Below are positions 51,915 through 61,585 of a DNA stretch of 64,000 nucleotides, in pieces. The position numbers were made by a program, and so were the translations under genes. The first letter of the stretch is position 1. Every line of letters begins with the position of its first letter. The stretch is taken from the NCBI GenBank assembly GCA_963833985.1, contig CAWIAD010000001.1, positions 1,024,001 through 1,088,000 on the forward strand, given 5' to 3'. The notes under the pieces were generated by a model, which was not told where the DNA came from, ran no database searches, and saw only the letters and a list, made by a program, of their open reading frames with translations. The DNA comes from an uncultured Planctomycetaceae bacterium. GTDB lineage: Bacteria > Planctomycetota > Planctomycetia > Isosphaerales > Isosphaeraceae.

Positions 51915-53312
51915 TCAGTACTCCTGAGTTTTGGTGATACCAGGGTTGGGAACCGGATACTTGCCGTCCTTGTCGGACTTGAGTGGCGCCGGCGACTCGG
52001 CGTTGAGCTTGTCGATGCCCGGCGCGAATTCATGCTTGCAATGCAGCATATCGTTGTACGTGATCACCTGGCCGGTGTGCGCGGCCATGCGACCCATCGA
52101 GGTCACCAGGCTGGCCTCGACGCCGCGCTTCACCTCGTTGTACGGCTTGTCCTTGCGGATAGCTTCGATGAGGTCGTTCCATTCGTTCAGGTACGCATCC
52201 TGCTCCTCGGGCTTGATCTTCGACTCCCAGACGAGGTCCGGGCGCCTCAGGCTCTGGGTCTTGTAGATGCTGGAGGGCTGGCCGATGTCGCCCCCCTTGG
52301 AGACAGTGGCCGCGCCCTTGGTACCGTGCAGGTGGCTCGAGTAAATCTGTTCGCAACCGAGCATGCAGCGTCCGTCGAAGAAGAACTTGGTACCGTCGGC
52401 ATAGGTGTATTCCACCGAGTAGGTATCGAAATTCTGATCGATGAACGGGATGCCCTCGGGGCTCTTCTTGTAGTGGCGGCCGCCGAGTGCCTGGGCCTTC
52501 ACCGGCCAGGCGTTCTTCATCCAGCACAGGTGGTCGATAATGTGGATGTAGAAATCGCTGAAGTTTCCGCCGCTCGCCCAGAGGAAGCTGTGGAACCGCT
52601 GGATCTGGTAGAAAAGCTCCTTCGTTCCCTGGGGGGTGGGCAATGACTCGAAGTAGCCACCCGGCCCATGCATGCGGTAGCCGCGCTGGAGGACGATCTC
52701 GCCGATCGCGCCGTCGTGCACCCGCTTGGCCAGTTCTTGCATCGCCCGGCTGTGCCGGGACATGAGCCCGACGCCGACCTTGAGGTTCTTCTTCGTTGCG
52801 GCCTCACCCAGCTCCATCATGCGCTTCGAGGTGGGCCCGTCCACGGTCACCGGCTTCTCCATGAAGACGTTCAGGCCCTTCTGGATCGCGTATGTGAAGT
52901 GCACCCAGCGGAAGGCCGGCGGGGTGGCGAAGATGGCCACGTCGCCCGGCTTCAGACAGTCCATCGCCTGCTTGTAGGCGTCGAACCCGACGAACTGCCG
53001 CTCGATCGGCACGTCGATCTTGTGGTACAGGCCCTTGTCTTCGTGGAGGTTCTTGTAGCTCTTCCAGAGCTTGTCCTCGAACAGGTCCGCCATGGCGACG
53101 AGCTGGATCGGCCCGCTGTTCGTGGACAGTGCATTGGCGGCCGCTCCCGTGCCACGCCCGCCACAGCCGATCAGGGCCACCCGGATCAAATCGGACCCCG
53201 CCGCGTGGACCGAGGGTACGGCCACGCTGGCAAGGGCGGAGGCAGCCGCCAGGCGGCCGGTGTTTTGCAGCAATTCACGGCGTGAGGAAACTGGACGGTT
53301 TACGTCCTTCAT
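51915..53312 (-). CDS. Gfo/Idh/MocA oxidoreductase with Tat signal
   Basis: SRRELL, LIGCGGRGTGA, ATPPAFR, FMEKP. Confidence 0.92.
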   Translation of the reverse strand: MKDVNRPVSSRRELLQNTGRLAAASALASVAVPSVHAAGSDLIRVALIGCGGRGTGAAANALSTNSGPIQLVAMADLFEDKLWKSYKNLHEDKGLYHKIDVPIERQFVGFDAYKQAMDCLKPGDVAIFATPPAFRWVHFTYAIQKGLNVFMEKPVTVDGPTSKRMMELGEAATKKNLKVGVGLMSRHSRAMQELAKRVHDGAIGEIVLQRGYRMHGPGGYFESLPTPQGTKELFYQIQRFHSFLWASGGNFSDFYIHIIDHLCWMKNAWPVKAQALGGRHYKKSPEGIPFIDQNFDTYSVEYTYADGTKFFFDGRCMLGCEQIYSSHLHGTKGAATVSKGGDIGQPSSIYKTQSLRRPDLVWESKIKPEEQDAYLNEWNDLIEAIRKDKPYNEVKRGVEASLVTSMGRMAAHTGQVITYNDMLHCKHEFAPGIDKLNAESPAPLKSDKDGKYPVPNPGITKTQEY

Positions 53313-53702
53313 GGTCGGGCTCCGATTGGGGAGGGTCCGTGCCCTGCGGTCGGTTCAGCGGGCCCCCAGGGTGGTAGGCGGGGAAACCAGGTAGGATCGC
53401 CAGGCGCGACGACCTTGCGTGACTGGAACATAGGGCCGCAGGCACCCTTCTGTCAAGGAGGGCGAGAGGCAATGCCCGCTCCGCCCGAGACCGCCCCAAC
53501 CGGGAGTGACAAGCGTCATGGCAGCAAGCCCTGGGGACGCGTATTGCGACGTCGGCCCGTGTGTCATCGCGTCGTCCCGCTCGCCCGAATGCCCCGGTCC
53601 CCAGGAGGGCAGAGGATCGACCGGGAAAACAAGTCTGCCGATGCCGCTTGCACGACGGCAAACTCAAGCGGCCGGAAGTTCATCGGGAAAGTCCTACTTG
53701 TC

Positions 53703-55304
53703 CTACTCCGGACGATAAACGTCGGGCACTTTCTCGACCTCGCCCAGCATCTCAAGTGCATGGTCCACGAGTTTTTCCAGCTCTTCGAGTTTTCCGTCCC
53801 TCGCCAGCGGCTGGGCGCCTTCCATGAGCTTGCCCACGGCCGAGGGATCCTTACCGCTGCCGTGCCAGCGCTCAACCCCCGCGCGCACGCGCTTCATCTT
53901 TGCCTGAATGCGGAACTGCGGTTGATCCATGGTGAGAGCCTTCTCCACCAGCGGTTGTCCCGCGAGGAACTTGCGATAGGCCGTGATGGCTTCCTGACTG
54001 TAGGCACTGTCCCGCAGGCGCCTGGGGAGATCCTCGCCGGTGGCCCCCATATTCACACCCATGAGAACGCAGCCGTGGTTGTAGTGCCAGGCGAGGTAAG
54101 TCTCCCAATCCACGACGGAGCCGGGAATGCCGGCGTTTGCCTCGACGCCCGCCCATGCGGGATTCCCGTGCTTCGCCAGCTCATCATAGATGGGTTTGAA
54201 GCTCTCCCCGAGAACACCGACCGCATAGGTGGTCCAGCCTGGCCGGGAGCACTTGTTGAAGGCCGTCCAGATGGGAGCGTTCATGACCTCGATGGGTGCG
54301 GGCGCGGCGACGTGGGGGTAAAGCTGCTCCGCGGGGATGCCGGCAGCGACGAACTGCTCGCACCAGAACGCGACGGTTTCCTGAATGACCGCCGCGAGGG
54401 CCTTCCGAAAATCCTCAGGTGGATTTGCTGCGCTGAAGCCGCGATCCAGGAGCGCCCTGTAGCCGAGCGGTTTCGCGGGCGCATCATCTTCTTTCATCAT
54501 CCTCTTGAGGTCGGAATTCGGGCTAGAGTAGTCGTCGATGCTTGGCTCCGAACCCACCAGCACTCCCGCGAAAAGAGCTTCCTTGCCTTCTGCCTTGAGC
54601 CTGGCGACCTCCTCGCGGAGGACCGGCCCGATGACGCTCGAGACAAGCCGCGTGACCTCGGCTCGCATCCGTTTGCTCGTGAAGCACATGTTCGGTGGCA
54701 GGCGCTCCAGCACACCATGGTTCAGGTAGTGCACCTTGTTCGGAGGTCCGTCCCAGCCGTGCCACTCGACGTTGAACTTGTTGTTCGGGTTGTAACCCGG
54801 CCTGTGCGGGTCGAACCAGTTCCAGAGGTCCGGGCGGCTCTTCCAGGCAAGATGGAGATCGAAATGCAGCATCACCGCCATGTCGTGCGCATGCGCCGCG
54901 GTGAATGCGCTGCGAATCAGCCTGGGCAATTGCTTTTCGAGCTCATAGGTCGCGATGGGGAGGCCGAAGCCCAGCAGCCGGGTCTTGCCGTCGCCCTTCA
55001 CGCCGACCCGCTCGGCCAGTTCCCCTGCTTTCTCCGGGTCACTCCAGAAGATGAGGTATTTTGGTTTTCCCGGCGTGGCAGGTGCCTTGCTGCCCGCAGG
55101 CGGGTCCAGAGTGCCTGGCTCCCGCGCATCTGCCGGGGCACAGGCCAGCAAAGAGATGACCAGCTCCATCACGGTCCACGCGGTCCCTGTCCGTCTCCCG
55201 TCGAGGACACGATGCGAACGACGAAGCAGCGAATGCACCAGGCGGTCCGGCTTGTGACCTCGAAAGCATTGAGAGTGACTTCCGCTCGTCTCGACTTTGG
55301 CCAT
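53703..55304 (-). CDS. hypothetical exported protein, possible GH-A-clan-like barrel (start uncertain)
   Basis: Long ORF with typical coding composition and a signal-like stretch (LVISLLACAPADA). Motifs VGSEPS, YPH, PGWTTY, WAGVEAN. Confidence 0.7.
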   Translation of the reverse strand: MAKVETSGSHSQCFRGHKPDRLVHSLLRRSHRVLDGRRTGTAWTVMELVISLLACAPADAREPGTLDPPAGSKAPATPGKPKYLIFWSDPEKAGELAERVGVKGDGKTRLLGFGLPIATYELEKQLPRLIRSAFTAAHAHDMAVMLHFDLHLAWKSRPDLWNWFDPHRPGYNPNNKFNVEWHGWDGPPNKVHYLNHGVLERLPPNMCFTSKRMRAEVTRLVSSVIGPVLREEVARLKAEGKEALFAGVLVGSEPSIDDYSSPNSDLKRMMKEDDAPAKPLGYRALLDRGFSAANPPEDFRKALAAVIQETVAFWCEQFVAAGIPAEQLYPHVAAPAPIEVMNAPIWTAFNKCSRPGWTTYAVGVLGESFKPIYDELAKHGNPAWAGVEANAGIPGSVVDWETYLAWHYNHGCVLMGVNMGATGEDLPRRLRDSAYSQEAITAYRKFLAGQPLVEKALTMDQPQFRIQAKMKRVRAGVERWHGSGKDPSAVGKLMEGAQPLARDGKLEELEKLVDHALEMLGEVEKVPDVYRPE

Positions 55305-55562
55305 GTTTCGAGCTACCGAATGCAGGTGTCGAATGGGCGTTGGCCTCTGTTGCCCGCCGCCGGGCGACCGGCTCCGGCCCGTCTGGCTACCAGTCTAACA
55401 GGACGCTGTCCCGCGGCGATCACTTGACGCGCACGACCGTGACGCCGAGCTCGCCGACCGGAAGTCAGGCGACAGGCGTCTTGTTGTGAGCCGATTGTAT
55501 TCCCCGGACGGTTTTCGGATGATCGGGACGCCCGAAGCCCCGCAAACCCCACGGACTCTGCC

Positions 55563-57914
55563 ATGAGCCCGAAAAGAATCGCTCTGCTTCTGCGGCTGAT
55601 CCTGGCACTTTCGGTTGCATGGCTGGCACCGGCCACCCGGGGCGCCGGACTGCCGACGAGGTCGCCGCACACCGTCGCCATCGGCCCGCGTGACTTCCTG
55701 GTCGACGGCCAGCCGCTCCAGATTCGCTGCGGCGAGATGCACGCCCCGCGTGTGCCCGGGGAGTACTGGCACCACCGGCTGAAGATGCTCCGGTCGATGG
55801 GGCTCAACGCCGTTTGCGCCTATCTCTTCTGGAATCTTCACGAGCCGCGCCCGGGACAGTTCGTGTGGGAGGGTCAAGCCGACGCCGCGGCCTTCTGCCG
55901 GGCCGCGCAGGAGGAGGGCCTCTGGGTCCTCTTACGCCCCGGGCCGTACTCCTGCGCCGAGTGGGAGATGGGCGGCCTCCCCTGGTGGTTGCTCAAGCAC
56001 GACGATATCAAGCTGCGCACGCGCGACCCGCACTTCCTTGGCCCTGCCACCCGCTACCTCAAGGAGGTCGGCCGGCAGCTCGCGCCGCTTCAAGCCACCC
56101 GCGGCGGGCCGATCCTGCTCGTGCAGGTGGAGAACGAGTATGGGTCCTACGGCGCTGATCCCGCTTACATGGGGGCACTGCGTTCCGCACTCCTCGAGGC
56201 TGGATTCGACGTGCCCCTCTTCGCTTGCAATCCGCCGGGCGACCTCCGGCGCGGCTACCGTGACGACCTGCTGCCCGTTGTGAACTTCGGCTCCGACCCG
56301 GCCGGCGGATTCAGGGCACTGCGTGCGCTGCGGCCCGCGGGCCCGCTCATGTGCGGCGAGTTCTACCCGGGCTGGTTCGACACATGGGGCTTCCCGCATC
56401 ATCTCGGCAACACCGAGCGCTACCTGAAAGACCTCGCGGTCATGCTCGAAGCGGGCGCCTCCTTCAGCATCTACATGGCGCACGGCGGGACGACGTTCGG
56501 CCTCTGGTCGGGGGCCGACCGGCCGTTCAAGCCCGACACCTCCAGCTACGACTATGACGCGCCGATCTCCGAGGCTGGCTGGCCGACCGCCAAGTTCACC
56601 AGGACCCGCGACCTGATGAGAGCATACCTCAAGCCGGGGGAAACACTCCCGGACCCACCCGCACGTAACCCGGTGATCGCCGTGGCGGCGGTGGCGGCGC
56701 AGGAGCGAGCGCTGTTGCTCGAGAATGAGAATCTGCCCGAGCCGATCCACGACGCTTTGCCCCACACGATGGAGCATTACGACCAGGGCTTCGGCTTGAT
56801 CCTCTATCGCACGCGACTCCCCGCAGGCCCCGCTGCCACGCTGGAGGCGGCAGCGGTCCATGACCTTGGCATCGCCTCTCTCGACGGCCGCATGGTCGGC
56901 GTGATGGACCGGCGCAACCGTTCCTTCCGGCTCACGCTCCCCGAACGGAAGGCCCCGGCAGTTCTCGATCTGCTCATCGAGGCCATGGGCCGCGTGAACT
57001 TCGGACCGGAAGTCCACGACCGCAAGGGGCTGCACGCGCCCGTGCGGCTCGCCGGGGAGCCACTCTCGGGCTGGGAGGTGTATCGGGTTCCGCTGGAAGC
57101 GGGCCCGCCGTCCGGCCTCAAGTTCAAGGCTGCGGGCCCGGATCGGAACGGTGCGGCCTTCTCGCGCGTGGCGCTTCATGTGCCCGCGCCGGGCGACACG
57201 TTCCTCGACATGTCGCCCTGGGGTAAGGGGGTGGCCTGGATCAACGGCCACTGCCTCGGGCGGTTCTGGAACATCGGGCCAACGCAAACGATGTACGTCC
57301 CCGGCCCATGGCTCAGGCGAGGACGCAACGAGGTGGTGATCTTCGACCTGATCGGGCCCCGGGAGGCGGTCGTCCAGGGGTTGAAAGTGCCGGTACTTGA
57401 CCGACTGCGGCCCGAGCTCGATCCTTCGCACCGCCAGCGCACGGCCTTGAACGGCACGGTCGTCGGCGTGACCGCATTGAGCGGGCAATTCGCCCCGGGT
57501 GCCGACGCGCAGGTCGTCCGATTTGCCAGGCTCGTGACTGGCCGGTACGTCGCGCTGGAGTCCCTCAGTGCCCACGACGGCAAGCCGTATGCTGCGATCG
57601 CCGAGCTCTCGCTGCTCGACGCCAGTGGGACGCCGCTCCACCAGGAAGGTTGGGCCGTCGCGGGGGTCGATAGCGAGGAACTCTCACGCGAGGACGGCTC
57701 CGCCGAGAACGCACTGGATGGCCAGGCGGCCACCTTCTGGCACACTCAGTGGAGCGATGCTGCGCCCGGCCACCCGCACCGGCTGGTGATCGACCTGGGC
57801 GTAAGCAGGGCCATCGGCGGTGTGCGATACTTGCCGCGCCCCGGTGCCGGCGCGGTCGGTGGCCGCATCAAGGACTACCGCGTGATCATCGGCGACCGGC
57901 TGATCCGCCCCTGA
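55563..57914 (+). CDS. GH35 beta-galactosidase with C-terminal F5/8 (CBM32) domain
   Basis: Signal peptide, GEMH, LRPGPYSCAEW, QVENEYG, GEFYPGWF, TSSYDYDAP. C-terminal NALDG...FWHT...PHRLVIDLG. Confidence 0.93.
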   Translation: MSPKRIALLLRLILALSVAWLAPATRGAGLPTRSPHTVAIGPRDFLVDGQPLQIRCGEMHAPRVPGEYWHHRLKMLRSMGLNAVCAYLFWNLHEPRPGQFVWEGQADAAAFCRAAQEEGLWVLLRPGPYSCAEWEMGGLPWWLLKHDDIKLRTRDPHFLGPATRYLKEVGRQLAPLQATRGGPILLVQVENEYGSYGADPAYMGALRSALLEAGFDVPLFACNPPGDLRRGYRDDLLPVVNFGSDPAGGFRALRALRPAGPLMCGEFYPGWFDTWGFPHHLGNTERYLKDLAVMLEAGASFSIYMAHGGTTFGLWSGADRPFKPDTSSYDYDAPISEAGWPTAKFTRTRDLMRAYLKPGETLPDPPARNPVIAVAAVAAQERALLLENENLPEPIHDALPHTMEHYDQGFGLILYRTRLPAGPAATLEAAAVHDLGIASLDGRMVGVMDRRNRSFRLTLPERKAPAVLDLLIEAMGRVNFGPEVHDRKGLHAPVRLAGEPLSGWEVYRVPLEAGPPSGLKFKAAGPDRNGAAFSRVALHVPAPGDTFLDMSPWGKGVAWINGHCLGRFWNIGPTQTMYVPGPWLRRGRNEVVIFDLIGPREAVVQGLKVPVLDRLRPELDPSHRQRTALNGTVVGVTALSGQFAPGADAQVVRFARLVTGRYVALESLSAHDGKPYAAIAELSLLDASGTPLHQEGWAVAGVDSEELSREDGSAENALDGQAATFWHTQWSDAAPGHPHRLVIDLGVSRAIGGVRYLPRPGAGAVGGRIKDYRVIIGDRLIRP

Positions 57915-58007
57915 GCGAGGCAAGGAGGTCAAGGGAAATTGTAGGTCCGAGGGGGCTTTCTTGATCATCCATCGCAGAATGAGCATTTGAAGCGGATATT
58001 CGGACCT

Positions 58008-58278
58008 GGGCAGACAGGAATGTCTGCCCCCCCTCTGTCAGCTCAGGGGGACAGGCATTCCTGCCTGTCAACTCTGGCAATGGGGCAAAGTGTGAACCTG
58101 GGCAGACAGGAATGTCTGCCCCGCTCTGGGCTGCTGGGCTGGGGGGACAGGCATTCCTGCCTGTCAACTTTCTGCCTGCCTGTCAACCTTCTGTCATTGG
58201 GGCCATGTGTTATTCCTGGGCAGACAGGAATGTCTGCCCCCCTCTGACAGCACTGGGGGACAGGCATTCTTCCCTGTC
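58008..58278. repeat. REP cluster upstream of the RAYT: three A/B hairpin doublets
   Basis: Type A GGGCAGAC-AGGAAT-GTCTGCCC at 58008, 58100, 58218. Type B GACAGGC-ATTCCT-GCCTGTC at 58050, 58146 and 58259 (degenerate). Confidence 0.92.
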
Positions 58279-58299
58279 GATTTCGGGGAGGCGAGCCGC

Positions 58300-58764
58300 A
58301 TGAATCCAGAAATCGAGCCCACACTCCACAAATCGCGGAGATGCCTGCCTCACTGGGAGCTTTCGGGCAGCACGTACTTCGTGACCTTCCGGCTCGCCTG
58401 TAACACTCTCTTACCCGAGGAACGCGGGCTTGTTCTGGACCATGTCCGGAGTGGAGCGGGAAGTTATTATCGGCTGGCGGCGGTGGTGGTGATGCCAGAT
58501 CATGTGCACCTGGTCTTGCGGCCCGAACATGGTTTCACGCTGTCCCGGGTCCTCAAAGGTATCAAGGGGGTTTCGGCTCGGTTGCTTAACCAGCGCCGAG
58601 GGCTTCGGGGAGCCGTCTGGCAGGATGAGTCCTGGGACCGGATCATCCGCGATGAGAAGGAGTTCGTGTCGGTGCTTCAGTACCTTGAAGAGAACCCGGT
58701 CCGTACGGGCCTCTGTCAGAGTCCTGAGGAATACTCATGGCTTTTCATTGATAAGGACCTCTAG
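58300..58764 (+). CDS. REP-associated tyrosine transposase (RAYT; HUH Y1 family)
   Basis: LPHW...TYFVTFRL, VMPDHVH (HUH), WQDESWDRIIRD, YLEENPV. Flanked by REPs on both sides. Confidence 0.9.
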   Translation: MNPEIEPTLHKSRRCLPHWELSGSTYFVTFRLACNTLLPEERGLVLDHVRSGAGSYYRLAAVVVMPDHVHLVLRPEHGFTLSRVLKGIKGVSARLLNQRRGLRGAVWQDESWDRIIRDEKEFVSVLQYLEENPVRTGLCQSPEEYSWLFIDKDL

Positions 58765-58981
58765 CATTCCTGCCTCTCAATCTCCGGACAGTTGGGCAAT
58801 GTGTCAACTCCTGGGCAGACAGGAATGACTCCCCCCTCTGGGCTGGGGGGACAGGCATTCCTGCCTGTCAACCTTCTGCCTGACTGCCTATCTTCTGTCA
58901 TTGGGGCCATGTGTTATCCCCGGGCAGGCAGGAATGTCTGCCCCCCCCTCTGGGCTGGGGGGACAGGCATTCCTGCCTGTC
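58764..58981. repeat. REP cluster downstream of the RAYT: a half B plus two A/B doublets
   Basis: Half B at 58764. Type A at 58813 (degenerate) and 58922. Type B at 58850 and 58962. Confidence 0.9.
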
Positions 58982-58991
58982 AACCTACGGC

Positions 58992-60029
58992 TTAGCCAGA
59001 GGCTTCCAGGCGGCGTCCCAGCTCGTCGAAGGTGGAGGGGACGTCGCGATCAAACACGAACTGAGCGGGCATGCCGACGATGCGGCTGGCCCCGAGCGCC
59101 AGAAGAGGCCGCTGGCAGGCGGAGAGCTTGCGGGCGGGGACCAGGGCGGTGACCCGCCAGCCCGGTTGGCCTTCGTCGTCCCAGACCTCGCCACGCACCA
59201 GGTGCTGTGCACCCTGGTCGCGCAGGAAGCGCGCCGCCTCGATGGCAGGCCCGGGTCCCGGCCCGGGAGCGGCCGGGCCGCCCACGACCTCCAGATGCAG
59301 CAGTTCCTCGGATCGCCGCACGCCGTCGATGGCGTCCAGCAGCAGAGCCAGCGGACCGCTCTCCCCCTCGGCCATCAGCGCCGCCAGCGAAGGCGCGTGC
59401 CCGATCAGGCAGGCTGCCGACTCCAGTACCGTCCCGCCTTTGATCTCGCGCAGGCGATTGTCCTTGAGGGTCGTGCCGGAGCTGGTCAGGTCCACGATGA
59501 TGTCGGCGATGCCCAGGCTGGGATGAAGCTCCAGCGCGCCTTCGGAGTCGATCAACTGGTAGTAGTAGATGCCCCACTTGCGGAAGTACTGCCGTACCAG
59601 AGCAGGGTACTTGGTGGAGACGCGGAAGGTCTTGCCGGCGATCTTGAACTCGGTCGTCAGGTCTACCAGGTCCATGATGTGGCTGACGTCGATCCAGCTC
59701 TCGGGCACTGCGACGACCAGCCGGCAGCCCCCGTAGCCCAGATCGGGCACGACGACCGTGGTCTGCTCGGCCTCGAAGGCCTGTTCCGCGTACACGTCCA
59801 TGCCGGTGACGCCCAGGTGACACCGGCCCTCCTGCACCTGGATCACGATGTCCGAGGGCCGCATGAAGACGACGTGGAACCGGCCCTGACCGGCGATCGT
59901 CGCCTCGTACTGGCGGTCGCTGGTCCTGCGGACCTTGTAGCCGGCAATCCGCAGCAGCTCCACCACGCCGTCGTAGAGGTGCCCCTTCGAGGGGATGGCC
60001 AGGCGAATGGGGTCCACGGCAAGGCTCAT
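58992..60029 (-). CDS. hisG: ATP phosphoribosyltransferase
   Basis: LAIPSKG, RPSDI, LGVTGMD, LGYGGCRL, STKYP, GALE...ADIIVDLTSSGTTLKDNRL. Confidence 0.93.
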   Translation of the reverse strand: MSLAVDPIRLAIPSKGHLYDGVVELLRIAGYKVRRTSDRQYEATIAGQGRFHVVFMRPSDIVIQVQEGRCHLGVTGMDVYAEQAFEAEQTTVVVPDLGYGGCRLVVAVPESWIDVSHIMDLVDLTTEFKIAGKTFRVSTKYPALVRQYFRKWGIYYYQLIDSEGALELHPSLGIADIIVDLTSSGTTLKDNRLREIKGGTVLESAACLIGHAPSLAALMAEGESGPLALLLDAIDGVRRSEELLHLEVVGGPAAPGPGPGPAIEAARFLRDQGAQHLVRGEVWDDEGQPGWRVTALVPARKLSACQRPLLALGASRIVGMPAQFVFDRDVPSTFDELGRRLEASG

Positions 60030-61585
60030 GGTCGGTCGCCCCGGAATACGGCCAGGCGGGCGCGCATCTGGTCAATCAGCTCGCCCTCGCGGACCGAGCG
60101 TACCTCGCCATTCTCCAGGTTCCAGAGGTCGATCGCCCGGCCGACGGTGACCACCGCGTGGTAGCCCAGGGCGCGGGCCTGGTCGATCGCGGCCTGGAAT
60201 TCGAGACCGGACACCACCACGGGCAGCTCGATGCGCTCACGCAAGAACGTCGCCAGGTCGATCGTCGCGGGAGTGATGTCGTCCTGCCTGCCGCTGGTCA
60301 CCAGGTAGCCGCGGAGGCCCCTGGAGGCTGCGCTGGCTGCGCGTTCGCGCATTTGCAGGACCTCGTCGAGCCGTTCCAGGCCGAAGGCGAAACCCGCGCC
60401 GCGGTCGTCGCGCGAACTTCCCAGCACGCGTGCCAGGCCGTCGTAACGGCCCCCACCGCACACCTCGACCGGTCCCGCGGGAGTCGGCACCACAACCTCG
60501 AAGATCATCTGGGTATAGAAGCCGATCCCGCGGCCGAAGCCCAGGTCCAGCTCGACGCGGTCCGGATCGACCCCGTGGTGCCCCAGCATGTCGCAGAGGG
60601 CACGAAGCGCCGCGACGGAATCCGGGGCGTGCGAGGCGTATTCGCTCTGGAGATGGTCCAGTACGGCGACAGCCGGCCCGCGCAGGTCGGCCAGCTGGTG
60701 CACCTGATTGCGCACCTGCGCCAGCACCGTGCTCAGGCAGTGGCCGAGGTCCCATTTGCGCCTCAGCCGGTCGATGATCTCGCCCGCCGAGCGACGGCCG
60801 GTGACGTCGGGGACAAGCTGGCGGAAGAGGCGGTCCGCCACGGGTGCGTCGCCTGGCCCGGCGTCCGGCGGCCAGTTCGTTGTGGGGTCCTGCTCGGTCT
60901 GCAACCAGCCGGAGAGGCGGTGCAAGGCCGATTCGATGGCCCGCACGCTCTGGCCGTCGGCCGCGGCCTCGCTGAGCGACTCGACCAGGGCCGCCGTGGC
61001 CGCGGGAGGAAGGCCGGACCGGCTCAAAAGCTCGAGGATCAATCCCACATGGCCAATGCGGACGGCCGCATTGCCGATCCCCAGCGCCCGCAGCGTCCAG
61101 TCGGCCAGCCAGATGACCTCGGCATCGAAGGCCGGCCCGCCGACGCCAAGCAGCTCAACGCCCACCTGGGTGAACTCGCGATCGCGCAAGGGGCCCGTGG
61201 GCTGAAACCGGAATACCGGCCCGGACATGCTCACGCGGGCGGGCAGGGGGGGGGACACCCTGGCCTCGGCATAGGCGCGCACGATGCTGGCGGTGAGCTC
61301 CGGCCGCAGACAGATCGCACTCGTACCGCCGCCGGCGATCTCGAACAGCCGGGCCACAATTCCCGCGCCGCTCTTGCGCTCATGCAGCTCCGAGAACTCG
61401 AGGACAGGGGTCCGCATGGGCTCGTAGCCGGCCCGGCGGAACTGATCGAGCAGCAGCCGCTCGAGCGTGGCCAGCCGGCCAAAGTCGCCCGGGAGCCAGT
61501 CTCTGGTACCGCGCACCTGGCCGACAGGGCGTTCGCTGGCAACAGCCGGGTCGGACGCGAAAGGCTTGGCTGTGCTGGCGTTCAT
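60026..61585 (-). CDS. hisZ: ATP phosphoribosyltransferase regulatory subunit (HisRS paralog)
   Basis: GTRDWLP, LRPELTA, VFR, EFTQVGVELLG, FYT, GGGRYDGL. Located between hisS and hisG with overlapping start/stop codons. Confidence 0.8.
   Translation of the reverse strand: MNASTAKPFASDPAVASERPVGQVRGTRDWLPGDFGRLATLERLLLDQFRRAGYEPMRTPVLEFSELHERKSGAGIVARLFEIAGGGTSAICLRPELTASIVRAYAEARVSPPLPARVSMSGPVFRFQPTGPLRDREFTQVGVELLGVGGPAFDAEVIWLADWTLRALGIGNAAVRIGHVGLILELLSRSGLPPAATAALVESLSEAAADGQSVRAIESALHRLSGWLQTEQDPTTNWPPDAGPGDAPVADRLFRQLVPDVTGRRSAGEIIDRLRRKWDLGHCLSTVLAQVRNQVHQLADLRGPAVAVLDHLQSEYASHAPDSVAALRALCDMLGHHGVDPDRVELDLGFGRGIGFYTQMIFEVVVPTPAGPVEVCGGGRYDGLARVLGSSRDDRGAGFAFGLERLDEVLQMRERAASAASRGLRGYLVTSGRQDDITPATIDLATFLRERIELPVVVSGLEFQAAIDQARALGYHAVVTVGRAIDLWNLENGEVRSVREGELIDQMRARLAVFRGDRP

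Noticed and set aside
53415..55427. 670-aa plus-strand ORF, and similar long overlapping ORFs such as 49473-51161, 60158-61765 and 55932-57641
   Set aside because: Antisense to better-supported genes. Long stop-free shadow frames are expected at high GC.
58008..58981. Regularly spaced palindromic repeats as a CRISPR array
   Set aside because: Repeats alternate in orientation, the intervening sequences are themselves repeated and irregular, there are no cas genes, and they flank a RAYT.
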